The notes under the pieces were generated by a model, which made no database searches, was not told the origin of the DNA, and was given only the letters and a program-made list of their open reading frames with translations. From NCBI GenBank assembly GCA_910577105.1, contig CAJTMB010000013.1:7846-71845 (forward strand): a stretch of 64,000 nt of DNA. Direction: 5' to 3'. The position numbers and the translations under genes are program-made. This DNA comes from an uncultured Lachnospiraceae bacterium (GTDB lineage: Bacteria > Bacillota > Clostridia > Lachnospirales > Lachnospiraceae). Numbering within the stretch: the stretch's first letter is position 1; each line of letters opens with the position of its first letter. Positions 9,694-20,553 of the stretch are shown one piece after another.

Positions 9694-10134
9694 TTATCTG
9701 TTGTCTGATGCAGTCATGTTTGCTTTTTCAAAAGCAGCTGCAAGCCGTGTACGGATGTCATCATCCACATAAACCATGGGAGAATTATCATCACAGGTAT
9801 CATCCGCTTCCACAATCAGGACGGAAGCGTCCACGGACAGGGTATGGGTATGGTAGGTACCCTGTTTTACATTATATATTTTGTACGGTTCAAGCGTAAC
9901 GCCGTGAATGCTGTTCAGGCTTTCATCTTCGGCGATAAACAAGGTACAACTTCCCTTTAACAGGATAAATGCTTCGTCCGTAAGGCTGTGTTGCTGGAAG
10001 TTGCCGATATTCCGGATTTCCAGTTCGGGGTGGTAGTTTAACATTGCAACCCTGAAATCCCTGCAGTGGATAAGCGGCTGATATCCGATACCGTCAAAAG
10101 ATATGACGTCAATTAAATTTTTTAGTTTGTCCAA
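9694..10134 (-). CDS. Cupin-fold hypothetical protein
   Basis: 'QQHSLTDEAFILLKG' and 'GTYHTH' cupin motifs; SD AGGAGG before TTG start. Confidence 0.7.
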   Translation of the reverse strand: MDKLKNLIDVISFDGIGYQPLIHCRDFRVAMLNYHPELEIRNIGNFQQHSLTDEAFILLKGSCTLFIAEDESLNSIHGVTLEPYKIYNVKQGTYHTHTLSVDASVLIVEADDTCDDNSPMVYVDDDIRTRLAAAFEKANMTASDNR

Positions 10135-10273
10135 TGGTGATACCTCCTCTAATTGTTGTATTCAGTATAACAGGAAAATAAGGGGATGTCAGTGTCCGCT
10201 TTTTTGGTAAACGTATCAAAATTTTACCATATAATGCTTCATGCGCGAAAAGCAGCGCAGAAATGAGGGAAAA

Positions 10274-10777
10274 ATGCACGATAAATTAACTGCCGGTGAT
10301 ATTAAAAAGATGGAAGAAGAAATCGAGTACCGTAAGCTGGTGTTAAGGCCCCGGCTTTTGGAGGATGTAAAAGAAGCAAGGGCGCATGGTGACTTGAGTG
10401 AAAACTTTGAGTATTATGCGGCAAAAAGAGAGAAAAATAAAAATGAAAGCAGGATTCGTTTTCTGGACCGCATGATACGGACCGCTGAAGTTATTTCAGA
10501 TGCATCTGCCGAAGATGAAGTCGGCATCAACAATACGGTGACGGTGGAATTTGCGGAGGACAAGAGCATAGAGATTTACAAGATTGTCACAACAGTCCGC
10601 GGTAATTCCCTTGAAGGGCTCATCAGTAATGAATCCCCCCTGGGAAAAGCGCTTATGGGACACAAAGCCGGAGAAACCGTGCATGTGCAGGTAAATGCCG
10701 GCTTTGGATATGATGTGGTAATCAAAAAGATTGAAAATACGGTAGATGACGGTTCCGATAAAATCAGAAGTTTTTAA
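10274..10777 (+). CDS. greA: Transcription elongation factor GreA family
   Basis: 'ARAHGDLSENFEY', 'ISNESPLGKALMG'. Confidence 0.9.
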   Translation: MHDKLTAGDIKKMEEEIEYRKLVLRPRLLEDVKEARAHGDLSENFEYYAAKREKNKNESRIRFLDRMIRTAEVISDASAEDEVGINNTVTVEFAEDKSIEIYKIVTTVRGNSLEGLISNESPLGKALMGHKAGETVHVQVNAGFGYDVVIKKIENTVDDGSDKIRSF

Positions 10778-11682
10778 TAGGCTTTTTCTATGATGCCGAA
10801 ACCAAGGGGGTAAGGGCCGGTGTGCACACTGATGGTTGCACCTATCTGGTAGAGAGGCAGCTGTTCTTCGGTAAGGAGGGAAGCGCCCTTTAACTTTTCG
10901 TTGATGACGGAAAGTGCCAGATTTTTAAATTCCTCCGCCTCTTTTTTATCATAACCGAAACCGATGGCCAGGCTGTAAGAGTGAATATCTTTGCCGGTCT
11001 GTTTTAAGTATTCCAGCAGAAGTTCTATGACTTTATCCATGGACTTTTTGCGGCTTCTGGTAATGCCGGAGGGGAATATCTCCCCTTCTTTCAAGGTGAT
11101 AAGCGGTTTGATACCGAGGATGGAACCTGCTATGCCGGTCAATTTGCCGATGCGTCCCCCGTGTTTTAAATATTCCATATCTCCAACGGTAAAAAAGATG
11201 CGTCCGGTGGATTTGATAGTCTCGAGACGCGCTGTGACTTCTTCGTATTCCCAGCCGGCTTCCTGCATCCTGACAGCTTCCAGAACATAGAGTCCCTGCA
11301 ATACCGTGTTGACCGTTGCATCAATTACGGTAATTTTGGCATGGGGAAAGTTCTCCAGAATCATATCCTTTGCAGTGAGAGCGGACTGCATGGAACCGCT
11401 GAATTTGGTGGTGATGCAGATGCAGATAACAGGGATGTCCTTTTTGGCAAGAGGTTCAAAGACATCGGCATAGTCCTGTACGGAAGGCATGGAGGATTTG
11501 GGGAAGACTTTTGGATTTGCCACCATCTCCTCATAAAATTCCCTTATGCCGATATCTACGATTTCTTTTTGATAATTTTGTTCGTCAAAAGAAACATAAA
11601 AAGGAACGACTAAAAGATTTTTTTCTGTAACAAGTTCTGTGGGCAAATCACAGGAGCCGTCGGTTATAATCTGATAATTCAT
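10774..11682 (-). CDS. DegV family fatty-acid-binding protein
   Basis: 'IITDGSCDL', 'KFSGSMQSA', 'YLKHGGRIG', 'SVHTGP'. Confidence 0.92.
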   Translation of the reverse strand: MNYQIITDGSCDLPTELVTEKNLLVVPFYVSFDEQNYQKEIVDIGIREFYEEMVANPKVFPKSSMPSVQDYADVFEPLAKKDIPVICICITTKFSGSMQSALTAKDMILENFPHAKITVIDATVNTVLQGLYVLEAVRMQEAGWEYEEVTARLETIKSTGRIFFTVGDMEYLKHGGRIGKLTGIAGSILGIKPLITLKEGEIFPSGITRSRKKSMDKVIELLLEYLKQTGKDIHSYSLAIGFGYDKKEAEEFKNLALSVINEKLKGASLLTEEQLPLYQIGATISVHTGPYPLGFGIIEKAY

Positions 11683-11851
11683 AAGACAATCCTCTCTTTA
11701 TGTATAACAGTTCATATGGTATTGTAATACATCAAAATAGTATTGTCTACACATTTTGTAGTTTTAATTACTACATTGTGAAATTTTCATATTACTTTTT
11801 GCGTTTTTAATATTTCAGCGCCCCTGTATGTGTGCAGGGACGCTGAAAAGG

Positions 11852-13129
11852 TTAACCCGGCTCGGCAATTCTGCTGACGCCGACATAAATTCGGGAAATG
11901 GCATACCAGGTAGCAAAATCCGTAACTCCCGTTGCCGGAAGTCCAAAAATCTGCTGGAAGGTGCGGACAGCCTGTACTGTGCGGGGACCATATATACCAT
12001 CTGCTACAATGGTTGGGATGGCAGGGTAGTTTTGCGCTATCCTGTTAAGCTGTTGCTGCAGCTGGCGGACTTTGTCACCGGAAGCCCCGATATTTAAGTT
12101 ATAGCCGGGCCAGGAAGAAGGAATACCGGAAATGGAATCTGCCGAATTGATATACATATCGTTTCCGTAATAGTAGCGTATGATTTCAATGGCTGAGTAT
12201 CCTTCATCGCCCAGATACTTGGAACCCCACTGGCTCAACCCGTTGCAGGTTACGCGCTGTCCGTCACAATAAGAAGTAAAGATAGGCTGACGGACACCGG
12301 GCCGGGAAAGGTAGTTGTTGAAAATGTTGTCCACAAGACGGCTTATATTTTCGTATATGTTGCGTCCGTAAATCCATTTCTGGTCATAGGCAGTGGAGTT
12401 GGTTATGGTAAAATCATAACCTTGATTCCGGTACCATTCTGTGTAAACCCGGTTCAGCGTAAACGACATAATGGCAAGAATGTTAGCATAAATGGAAGCC
12501 TCCGGCCAGGTGGCATAGATTTCCGAAGAAGCTACATTTTTGATGTAATCGGTATATTTCACCCAATAGTTGGCAGCGCTTCTGTCGGAAGGGACGCCGT
12601 CATGGACGATAACATATTCGGGTACGACTACACGGCTGAGTACGATTTCACCGCTTTCTGCAATGGGTTTTATTTCTGCTTCGGGTATTTTAGGTGGATA
12701 TTCCCCCCAAAGGGTATGGTCCGGAATCAGAACCAGCTTTTCCTCTTCTTCCGTGACCTCCAGCGGATTCATCCTGATAGGCTGGAAAGAAGTTTCATTG
12801 GCAAGAAGTTCCGAGCCGGACACCAGTACCGGCTCATAACCGGGGGCGGTAACCGTAATGTTATATTCGGCATAAGGCTGTACTTCGCTCTCCGGTTCAA
12901 GACTGTATTCCAGCGGTGGGGCGGGCAGTTCCACGGTTTCTGTAAGACCGGAACTGTCGGTGGAGAGTTCTTCTATAACAGTATCAGGATTGCCGGAATA
13001 AGAGATGGAGACCGTGGCATCCTGGATGGGAATCTGCCCTAAGGAGGATATGACGTTAATTCGCAGGGAGCCGGCCGAAGAGTTATCGGCGCCTGGCGGT
13101 GTCTGGGCAGCATGCAGGTTTTTGTACAT
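11852..13129 (-). CDS. sleC: Spore cortex-lytic enzyme precursor (SleC-like) with C-terminal peptidoglycan-binding domain
   Basis: 'DYIKNVASSEIYATWP', 'TLNRVYTEWY', 'LSQWGSKYL' and PG-binding 'DGIYGPRT..AVRTFQ'. Confidence 0.8.
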   Translation of the reverse strand: MYKNLHAAQTPPGADNSSAGSLRINVISSLGQIPIQDATVSISYSGNPDTVIEELSTDSSGLTETVELPAPPLEYSLEPESEVQPYAEYNITVTAPGYEPVLVSGSELLANETSFQPIRMNPLEVTEEEEKLVLIPDHTLWGEYPPKIPEAEIKPIAESGEIVLSRVVVPEYVIVHDGVPSDRSAANYWVKYTDYIKNVASSEIYATWPEASIYANILAIMSFTLNRVYTEWYRNQGYDFTITNSTAYDQKWIYGRNIYENISRLVDNIFNNYLSRPGVRQPIFTSYCDGQRVTCNGLSQWGSKYLGDEGYSAIEIIRYYYGNDMYINSADSISGIPSSWPGYNLNIGASGDKVRQLQQQLNRIAQNYPAIPTIVADGIYGPRTVQAVRTFQQIFGLPATGVTDFATWYAISRIYVGVSRIAEPG

Positions 13130-13294
13130 GGTATGACCTCGCATATTTACTTACCTACAGTATATGCAGGGGGCAGGTTTTTTTGAATGGATTATGCTGT
13201 AAATGGAAGAAAAAGCGAGAAAATATGTTTGCTTATGATATAGGACAATGCTATACTATATATGGATAAAAGTACGGTAAAGAGGGTGAGTGGC

Positions 13295-16200
13295 ATGGAG
13301 GAAGTAATCCAGAGGTTATTGGAGGGAAACTTTGATTATGAGAAAGGTTCTCTTGACTTTTCATGCACAAAGCTGGAATTATCCATAAAGCCCGGAGAAT
13401 GCAGGGAAGGTTCTTTTACAATCTTTGGGGAGGAAGGCAGGTATACCCGGGGGAACGTCCTTTCTTCGGATGGAAGGATGGAATGCCTAACGGCTGAATT
13501 TGTAGGATGCAGGGAAGAGATTTTCTTTCGCTTTCATGGTGAGAATCTGGAAGAAGGCGATGTGGTGAAAGGCGAATTTTATGTTATCAGCAATCAGGGA
13601 GAGTATTATCTGCCTTTTGTGGTGAATGTAGCCTACACCGTGCTGGAAACATCACTGGGCAATGTAAAAAATCTGTTCCACTTTGCAAACCTTGCAAAGA
13701 CAAGCCCCGAGGAGGCGGCAGCGCTGTTTTATTCAAGGGATTTTGCCCGGATTTTTAATGGAAGCGACAGGCAGTACTATGAATATTATCTGGGCATGTC
13801 TGCCTATGCCGGCAATGAACAGAATGTAGAAGAGTTCTTAATAGGAATAAATAAGAAGCAGAAGATAGAATATCTGACTGACACGGAAGAAATCCGTCTG
13901 GAGGATGTGGATGGCATTGCGGAAACGGGATTTACCGTTACGCGTAACGGATGGGGTTATACCAGTCTTCGGATAGAGACGCAGGGAGCATTTTTACATA
14001 CTGAAAAAAAAGAAATAAAGGATACCGATTTTCTTGGCAACTCCTGCAAGGTATCCGTTTATGTGGATAGCAGCCTTTTGCATGACGGCAATAATTTTGG
14101 ATGCATTGTGCTGTCCAACAGTTATGGAAAGATGCAGGTGAAGGTACTGGTAAAAAGGCGGGCTTCCCAAAGCCGCCGCAGGCAGGGAGTGGAAAGAAAG
14201 CGGCTGGTATTGCAGTTGATGGAATTTTACCAGGCATTCAGGATGAAAAAAATCAGTTCTTCCACATGGCTTAAGGAAAGCAGACAGCTTGTGGACAAAA
14301 TGACAGCGGAGAATGATAAAGATATCTCCGCAAGACTGTTTCAGGCACAGCTGTTGATTACGGAGGAGCGTTACAACGAAGCGCAGTGGGTTTTGGACCA
14401 CGTTGCCGGCATACTGGAGGAAGCCGGTGCGGATGCGGTAACAGAAGCCTATTACCTGTATTTGACGACCCTGCTTTGCCGTGAGGAAGAGTATGTGGAC
14501 AGGGTGACGGAACAGATTACCTATATATTTAAAAGAAACCGTAATGAATGGAGGATAGCATGGCTTTTGCTTTATCTTTCCGAAGAGTACAACCGCAGTT
14601 TTTCCAAAAAGTGGATGTTTTTGGAGGAACAGTTTAACAGGGGGTGCAAAAGTCCCATTATATATATAGAAGCACTGCTTCTGATGAACTTGAATCCTTC
14701 TTTGTTAATGAAACTGGGGGACTTTGAAAAGCAGCTGTTGTGGTATGGCGCGAAACATGAAATCCTTAACAAGGATGTAATTCTGCAGTTTTTATATCTG
14801 GTACAGAAAGAGAAGGAATATTCATCCTGCCTTTACAGGATTTTGTTAGCCTGCTATAAAGTAAGGCCACAGTCCGATGTACTGCAGGAAATCTGCCGCA
14901 TGCTGATAAAAGGGGGTAAGACGGGGAAAGAATATTTTCACTGGTATAAGCGAGGGGTGGAACAGGAACTGCGCATTACTAGATTATATGAATATTTCAT
15001 GATGAGCGTGGATGTAAATTCGACGGAAGCGCTCCCTAAAATGGTGTTGATGTACTTTTCTTATCAAAACAGTCTGCATTATGAGCAGGCAGCCTTTTTG
15101 TATGCCAATATTTACAGAAACCGGGAAAGTTATCCCGAATTGTACCAGAATTATCAGATGGCTATAGAGCAGTTTGTGCAAAAACAGCTGCTGAAACGCC
15201 GAATCAACAGAGACCTTGCCTATTTATACAGGCATGTCCTGCACCCGGGCATGCTGACAGAGGAAACGGCATCTGCATTGGCTGAAATTTTATTTATGAA
15301 CCTGATTGGCATACCGCGTACTGACGTCAGGTATGTTGTGGTTTACCAGCCCGGCAGAAAAGAACCCATATACTATCCCGTGACGGATGGAAAGGCATTT
15401 GTGTCCCTGCCGGTGCAGGATAGCAGAATTTTGTTTGAGGATGGCAGCCATAACAGGTATATGGTAAGCGTACCCCATACGACAGAGAAACTGATGCTGC
15501 CCGGACGGCTGGTAAAACTGGTGGCGCCGCTTGTGGGAGAAGTGCGGGATTTAAATTTGTATATGTGTACCAACGGCCCGGATATTGCGGAGATAACGGA
15601 AGATAATGAATACCGTTTCCATCTTTTGCTCCAGGATGAGGAAATCAGCGATAATCTGAAGCAGAAAATAGCCATCAGGCTTGTGACATATTATTATGAG
15701 AAAGATAAAATACGTGAACTGGATGATTATCTGGAACAGGCGGAGCCGGAACGGTTTTTCGGAAAAGACAGGGGTGAAATGATAAAATACCTGATAATAA
15801 GGGGACAGGAAGAAAAAGCGTATCAATGGCTTAAGCGCTTTGGGCCCTATGACATGGAGCCGAAAGCCCTGATGCGCCTGTGTTCGATACTTATCAGAGA
15901 CAGGGAATTTATAGAGGATGATTTTTTGACCGGCGCTGTGTGGTATGCTTTCCGGGCAGGAAAGTATGACGATGCCTGTTTAAGGTATCTTTCCATGTAT
16001 TTCCACGGGATGACAAAGGAACTCAGGAATATTTTTAAGGCGGCGCAGGCATTTGGTGTGGAGACCTATGAGCTATGTGAAAAAATGCTGGTCCAGATGC
16101 TGTTTACAGGGTCTTTTGTGGGAGAAAAGATGGAAATATTCCGCACCTATGTGTCCGGCGGCGCAAAAGCGGAAGTAGAAGAAGCCTTTCTGTGCCAGTG

Positions 16201-16855
16201 TGCATATGAATATTTTGTGAAAGACAGGGTGACATCGGGATATGTGTTTGAAGAAATAGCAGGTATGTATAAGCGCGGGGAAAATCTGCACAGGGTGTGC
16301 AAACTGGGCTTTATTAAGTATTATGCGGAAAACAAGTCTGAAATCACCGGTGCGGTTAAGGAAATTTTATCGGAGTTCATTGCGGAAATGCAGAAAAACC
16401 GCATTAACCTGAGGATGTTTGCTGAATTTCCGGACCTGGGAAACAGCTGCCAGAATTTGTTTTCTGACAGGACATTTGTGGAATATAAGGCATATCCGGG
16501 CGCGCGTGCAGTTTTACATTATTGCATGGAATATGCCGAGGGAGAGGTATCGGCATATCAGACGGAAGATATGCAGGAAGTTTATGGCGGTGTATGCTTT
16601 AAGGATTTTGTGTTGTTTTTTGGGGAGCGCCTGCAATATTACATTATGGAAGAGCGGGATGGCAATGAGCAGCTGACGGAAAGTGCAACGATTCAGAAAA
16701 GCGATACCGGTGGGGAAAGTACGGAGGGAAAATTTAATCTGGTAAATGATTTGAGTATCAGCAGCACTTTGCAGGATTATGAAACGGTGGACAAGCTGCT
16801 GGAGGAATATGAGTATAAGGAATACTTGCAAAACAGACTGTTCAGGCTGGTTTGA
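13295..16855 (+). CDS. Large hypothetical protein (DUF5717-like; beta-rich N-terminus, helical/TPR-like body)
   Basis: ~1190-aa ORF; two similar N-terminal beta-rich blocks then helical repeats; family name from memory. Confidence 0.75.
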   Translation: MEEVIQRLLEGNFDYEKGSLDFSCTKLELSIKPGECREGSFTIFGEEGRYTRGNVLSSDGRMECLTAEFVGCREEIFFRFHGENLEEGDVVKGEFYVISNQGEYYLPFVVNVAYTVLETSLGNVKNLFHFANLAKTSPEEAAALFYSRDFARIFNGSDRQYYEYYLGMSAYAGNEQNVEEFLIGINKKQKIEYLTDTEEIRLEDVDGIAETGFTVTRNGWGYTSLRIETQGAFLHTEKKEIKDTDFLGNSCKVSVYVDSSLLHDGNNFGCIVLSNSYGKMQVKVLVKRRASQSRRRQGVERKRLVLQLMEFYQAFRMKKISSSTWLKESRQLVDKMTAENDKDISARLFQAQLLITEERYNEAQWVLDHVAGILEEAGADAVTEAYYLYLTTLLCREEEYVDRVTEQITYIFKRNRNEWRIAWLLLYLSEEYNRSFSKKWMFLEEQFNRGCKSPIIYIEALLLMNLNPSLLMKLGDFEKQLLWYGAKHEILNKDVILQFLYLVQKEKEYSSCLYRILLACYKVRPQSDVLQEICRMLIKGGKTGKEYFHWYKRGVEQELRITRLYEYFMMSVDVNSTEALPKMVLMYFSYQNSLHYEQAAFLYANIYRNRESYPELYQNYQMAIEQFVQKQLLKRRINRDLAYLYRHVLHPGMLTEETASALAEILFMNLIGIPRTDVRYVVVYQPGRKEPIYYPVTDGKAFVSLPVQDSRILFEDGSHNRYMVSVPHTTEKLMLPGRLVKLVAPLVGEVRDLNLYMCTNGPDIAEITEDNEYRFHLLLQDEEISDNLKQKIAIRLVTYYYEKDKIRELDDYLEQAEPERFFGKDRGEMIKYLIIRGQEEKAYQWLKRFGPYDMEPKALMRLCSILIRDREFIEDDFLTGAVWYAFRAGKYDDACLRYLSMYFHGMTKELRNIFKAAQAFGVETYELCEKMLVQMLFTGSFVGEKMEIFRTYVSGGAKAEVEEAFLCQCAYEYFVKDRVTSGYVFEEIAGMYKRGENLHRVCKLGFIKYYAENKSEITGAVKEILSEFIAEMQKNRINLRMFAEFPDLGNSCQNLFSDRTFVEYKAYPGARAVLHYCMEYAEGEVSAYQTEDMQEVYGGVCFKDFVLFFGERLQYYIMEERDGNEQLTESATIQKSDTGGESTEGKFNLVNDLSISSTLQDYETVDKLLEEYEYKEYLQNRLFRLV

Positions 16856-16878
16856 CGGATGTGGAGAGGAAAGTCTGT

Positions 16879-18159
16879 ATGAAAGAAAAAGTAATTATCG
16901 GTTATGATTTGGGTAACCAGTATTCCCAAATCAGTTATTGCACAAGTGAAAGCGATGTGCCGGAAACTTTGTCCGTGGTGGCAGGGGAGGAAAATTACAA
17001 TATTCCTACCGTATTATGCAAGAGGGCGGGAGTAAACCAATGGTTTTTTGGCAGGGATGCCATAAAACATGCCCGGATGGAGGATGGTGAGCTGGTATGT
17101 GATTTGGTGGAACGGGCCAGGGCGGGAGAAATGGTTTCCGTGGATGGGGATGAATTTGATGCGGTTGCCCTGCTTACTTTGTTTGTAAAGCGCAGTCTGA
17201 CTCTTCTTTCGATGGTATCGGGAACCGACAGAATCTCTTCCATGATGGTTACCTGCAAAAATCTGGATGGCAGGATGGTGGAGGTTCTGGGCAGTGTGGT
17301 GGCGGGGCTTTCCCTAAAGACAAAGTCGATATATTTTCAGGGACATGTGGAAAGCTTCTATTATTATACGATACATCAGGCAGCGGATTTGTGGCAGCGG
17401 GAGGTGCTTGTCTGCGATTACAATCAGGACACTGCCGGATTTTACCGCATGGAGTGTAACCGAAGGACAACGCCGGTGGTTGCTTTTGTGGAGGAGGCAG
17501 AATTTCCCTTTATGGATTGCAGGGAATTCCCTGAGCAGGAAGAGTCAAAACAACAGTTCTTCGCACAGATGGATGATAAATTTCTTGCCATCCTGAAAGA
17601 AGTGTGCGAGGGAAGGGCAATCTCTTCCGCATACTTAATCGGAGAAGGTTTTAAGGAAGAGTGGATGCAGGACTCCCTGCGGTATCTGTGCAGGGGGAAA
17701 AGGGTATTTCAGGGAAATAACCTTTACAGCAAAGGCGCCTGTTACGGACTGCGGGAAAAACTTTCTGCAAGTGAACTTGGTCGTTCTTATGTCTTTCTGG
17801 GCAATGAAAAACTGAAAGCAAATATCGGAATGAAAGTACAGCGGAGGGGTGAAGATTCCTATTATGCCCTGTTGGATGCCGGAGTCAGCTGGTTTGAGGC
17901 TTGCTGCACCGTCGAATTTTTATTGGACTCTGACAATGTGTTTTCTCTTATCATCACACCTTTAAACGGCCGGGACATTAAACAGGCCGAGGTGACGCTG
18001 GATGGACTGCCGGACAGGGAGGGAGCTCCTTCCAGGCTTTACATGGAAATAAAAATGCCGGACAAGGACTGTATCCGGATTGAAATTGAGGATTTGGGCT
18101 TTGGTGAGTTATATCCGCCAAGCGGCAGGAAATGGATAGAAAGCTTTGAGGTAGTATAG
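16879..18159 (+). CDS. Divergent Hsp70/actin-fold protein (DUF5716-like)
   Basis: N-terminal 'IIGYDLGNQYSQIS' matches the Hsp70 phosphate-1 motif; 'IPTVL' and 'WFFGRDA' also Hsp70-like. Confidence 0.7.
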   Translation: MKEKVIIGYDLGNQYSQISYCTSESDVPETLSVVAGEENYNIPTVLCKRAGVNQWFFGRDAIKHARMEDGELVCDLVERARAGEMVSVDGDEFDAVALLTLFVKRSLTLLSMVSGTDRISSMMVTCKNLDGRMVEVLGSVVAGLSLKTKSIYFQGHVESFYYYTIHQAADLWQREVLVCDYNQDTAGFYRMECNRRTTPVVAFVEEAEFPFMDCREFPEQEESKQQFFAQMDDKFLAILKEVCEGRAISSAYLIGEGFKEEWMQDSLRYLCRGKRVFQGNNLYSKGACYGLREKLSASELGRSYVFLGNEKLKANIGMKVQRRGEDSYYALLDAGVSWFEACCTVEFLLDSDNVFSLIITPLNGRDIKQAEVTLDGLPDREGAPSRLYMEIKMPDKDCIRIEIEDLGFGELYPPSGRKWIESFEVV

Positions 18160-18995
18160 TGGGAAGAGTATTGCTTTGTACAGGCGAATATGCCAGAACT
18201 CCATATTATTTTGAAACGCTTGGAATCAGAGTGTATTCAGTAGAAGAACTTTGTTATGTGCTGAAGGAAAATGCATTTCTGCTTGACAGGGAGATTGTGG
18301 ACAAAAAGCTTGTCAAGTGGATTGATGAAACACTGAAACTGTCTGATTTGGCATCCTCCCTGTATCCGCTTCTTCATCACAGAACTTCAGTCGGAACATT
18401 TGCAGGCATGATTCTGCAGTATGTAAAATTATACGACCTGGAGACAATAAAGCATATTGAGGAAGTATATCGCAAGGGAGCCAACCTGAATGCATATGAA
18501 AAAGGAAAGTCCAGGGTGGATTACATGGTGGCAAACGGGAAGTATGTGCCTGCTCTTCTGGAGTATGATGTCCTTCTGGAACAACTTCCCGAAGGGGAAA
18601 AAGAGTTGACAGCCCGGATAGTCCACAATAAGGGAGTGGCTTTTTGCAGGTTGTTTTTGTTTGAAGAAGCGGCAGAAGAGTTTAAAAAATCATACGACTT
18701 GCTGCCCGGTGAAGAAACATTTATTGAATTTCTTGCGGCAAAGCGCCTTTCCATGGAAGAAGGAGATTATGTATCTTTTGCGGCAGGATTTCCGGAATAT
18801 TATGAGCTGACACTGGAACTGGAAAAACGGGTGGAAAGCCTGCGGAGCCAATGGCTTGATTCCGCAGAGAAGCAGCAGCTGGAAATGATACTTTCTTTAA
18901 AGAAAGAGGGAGATGTTGCCGCTTATTATGAAGATACCAATCACAAAATACAGGAATTAAAAAACAATTACAGGGCAAGTGTGGGAAGCCGGTAA
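18159..18995 (+). CDS. TPR-containing hypothetical protein
   Basis: 'IVHNKGVAFCRLFLFEEAAEEFKKSY' TPR-like repeat; start overlaps the previous stop. Confidence 0.75.
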   Translation: MGRVLLCTGEYARTPYYFETLGIRVYSVEELCYVLKENAFLLDREIVDKKLVKWIDETLKLSDLASSLYPLLHHRTSVGTFAGMILQYVKLYDLETIKHIEEVYRKGANLNAYEKGKSRVDYMVANGKYVPALLEYDVLLEQLPEGEKELTARIVHNKGVAFCRLFLFEEAAEEFKKSYDLLPGEETFIEFLAAKRLSMEEGDYVSFAAGFPEYYELTLELEKRVESLRSQWLDSAEKQQLEMILSLKKEGDVAAYYEDTNHKIQELKNNYRASVGSR

Positions 18996-19019
18996 AGCGC
19001 CGGGGTAAAGGAGACCTTT

Positions 19020-20198
19020 ATGGGTTTTTGGAAAAAACTGTTTGGAAGAAAGAAAATAGAAGAAATAGAAACGGACAATCCGGAACAGATTGTTTATGAA
19101 AGGGATAAAGTCGATTTTCATGATGCGGAGGAACGCAGGCGGTATTTTACGGGCTGTCTGGAGCAGATAGGAGAAGCGGAAAAAGAGATTAATCTGCTCA
19201 AAGGAGAATATACGCTGGTAACTTCTTATCTTACGGATATGGAGGAGATAGAAGGGCTGCCCCCGGAACAGTCTGCGGAACTTAAGGGTATTGCGGGCAG
19301 GCTTTTGTCATTGGAGCAGGAGAGAAAGCGTTATCTGGACAAAAGGGACAGGATGACGGAAAGAGAATACAGGCATATGCGTTCCCAGGAGGAAGAAATC
19401 GAAGAAGGGATAGATAAACTGAAAGAGGCGGAAAAATACCAGAAACTGATTAAACAGGATTTAATGCGTCTGGACGGAGAGCGTCATGCATATGCATACC
19501 GGAAAAGCGAACTGGGAAACGGTCTGGCAAACCTGCGGGGAATGGCAATTATCTGTCTGATTGCGTTGGTAAGCTGCGTTGTGATGCTGCTCATATTACA
19601 GCTTGGATTTTCCATGGATACAAAAATAGGCTACTACCTTTCCGCTGCCGCTGCTGCCATGGCCGTGACGGTTATTTTTGTGAGGTATACAGATGCCGAA
19701 AAAGAAATGGGAAAAGTGGAAAAGGCGGAAGGCAGGTTGATTCAGTTACAGAATACGGTGAAAATACGATATGTAAATAATACGAACCTTTTGGAGTATC
19801 TCTATTTGAAGTATGATGTGGAGAGTGCAGGCAGGCTGCAGGAACTGTGGAACCTGTATCTGGATGAGAAGGAGGAGCGCAGGCAGTATGCGGAGGCGGA
19901 AGCAAAGCTGGAATATTATAGCAAACAGCTGGTATCCGTGCTTTCCGGATACAGGGTTAAGTCGCCGGAACGCTGGGTATTGCAGCCCGGTGCAATCATA
20001 GATTCCAGAGAGATGATTGAAATTCGCCATGGTCTTGTTATCAGGAGGCAGAACCTGAGGAAACAGCTTGACTATAACAGCCTGCTTGCTGAGACGGCAC
20101 AGCAGGAAATCAAGGAAATCGCTGCGGAGTATCCTCAGTATGCCATGGAGATAACGGAACTGTTGGATAAATATACAGCTTCCGTTTCGGAATACTAG
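19020..20198 (+). CDS. Coiled-coil protein with two central TM helices
   Basis: Heptad-rich E/K/L segments flanking two hydrophobic stretches; SD AGGAG. Confidence 0.75.
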   Translation: MGFWKKLFGRKKIEEIETDNPEQIVYERDKVDFHDAEERRRYFTGCLEQIGEAEKEINLLKGEYTLVTSYLTDMEEIEGLPPEQSAELKGIAGRLLSLEQERKRYLDKRDRMTEREYRHMRSQEEEIEEGIDKLKEAEKYQKLIKQDLMRLDGERHAYAYRKSELGNGLANLRGMAIICLIALVSCVVMLLILQLGFSMDTKIGYYLSAAAAAMAVTVIFVRYTDAEKEMGKVEKAEGRLIQLQNTVKIRYVNNTNLLEYLYLKYDVESAGRLQELWNLYLDEKEERRQYAEAEAKLEYYSKQLVSVLSGYRVKSPERWVLQPGAIIDSREMIEIRHGLVIRRQNLRKQLDYNSLLAETAQQEIKEIAAEYPQYAMEITELLDKYTASVSEY

Positions 20199-20445
20199 GA
20201 CTTTTTGAAAAGAGTGAAGCAATGGATGGTCTACGAAGGAAACTTTTTTCACTTTGAATATGATGAAGCACCTATTGGTATCAGTGAAAGAATTCGGCAT
20301 AGAAGCTTTCAAAAAAATATATACGGGAACAGAGCGATTGGATGCTTATCTGTACAATGGTTTTGAAGCAGAAGCAATTAGGAATGCAAAAAATAAAGTT
20401 CAGTATTGAAGGTTCTGAGATAAAGACTCCAAATTAGGAATATGG

Positions 20446-20474
20446 TTGATTTCTCAATGACAGTGAGCTATAAT
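20446..20474 (+). promoter_or_regulatory. sigmaA promoter of purC-purB
   Basis: TTGATT-17 bp-TATAAT. Confidence 0.6.
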
Positions 20475-20553
20475 ATTGCTCGTAAAAGTCGGGCAGTACA
20501 TATTGACAAAATGAGCGCGGCGTCGTAAGGGGCGCTTCGGAATGGAGGAAACA

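Noticed and set aside
20475..20545. ZTP or purine riboswitch before purC
   Set aside because: Leader is short and lacks recognisable aptamer consensus
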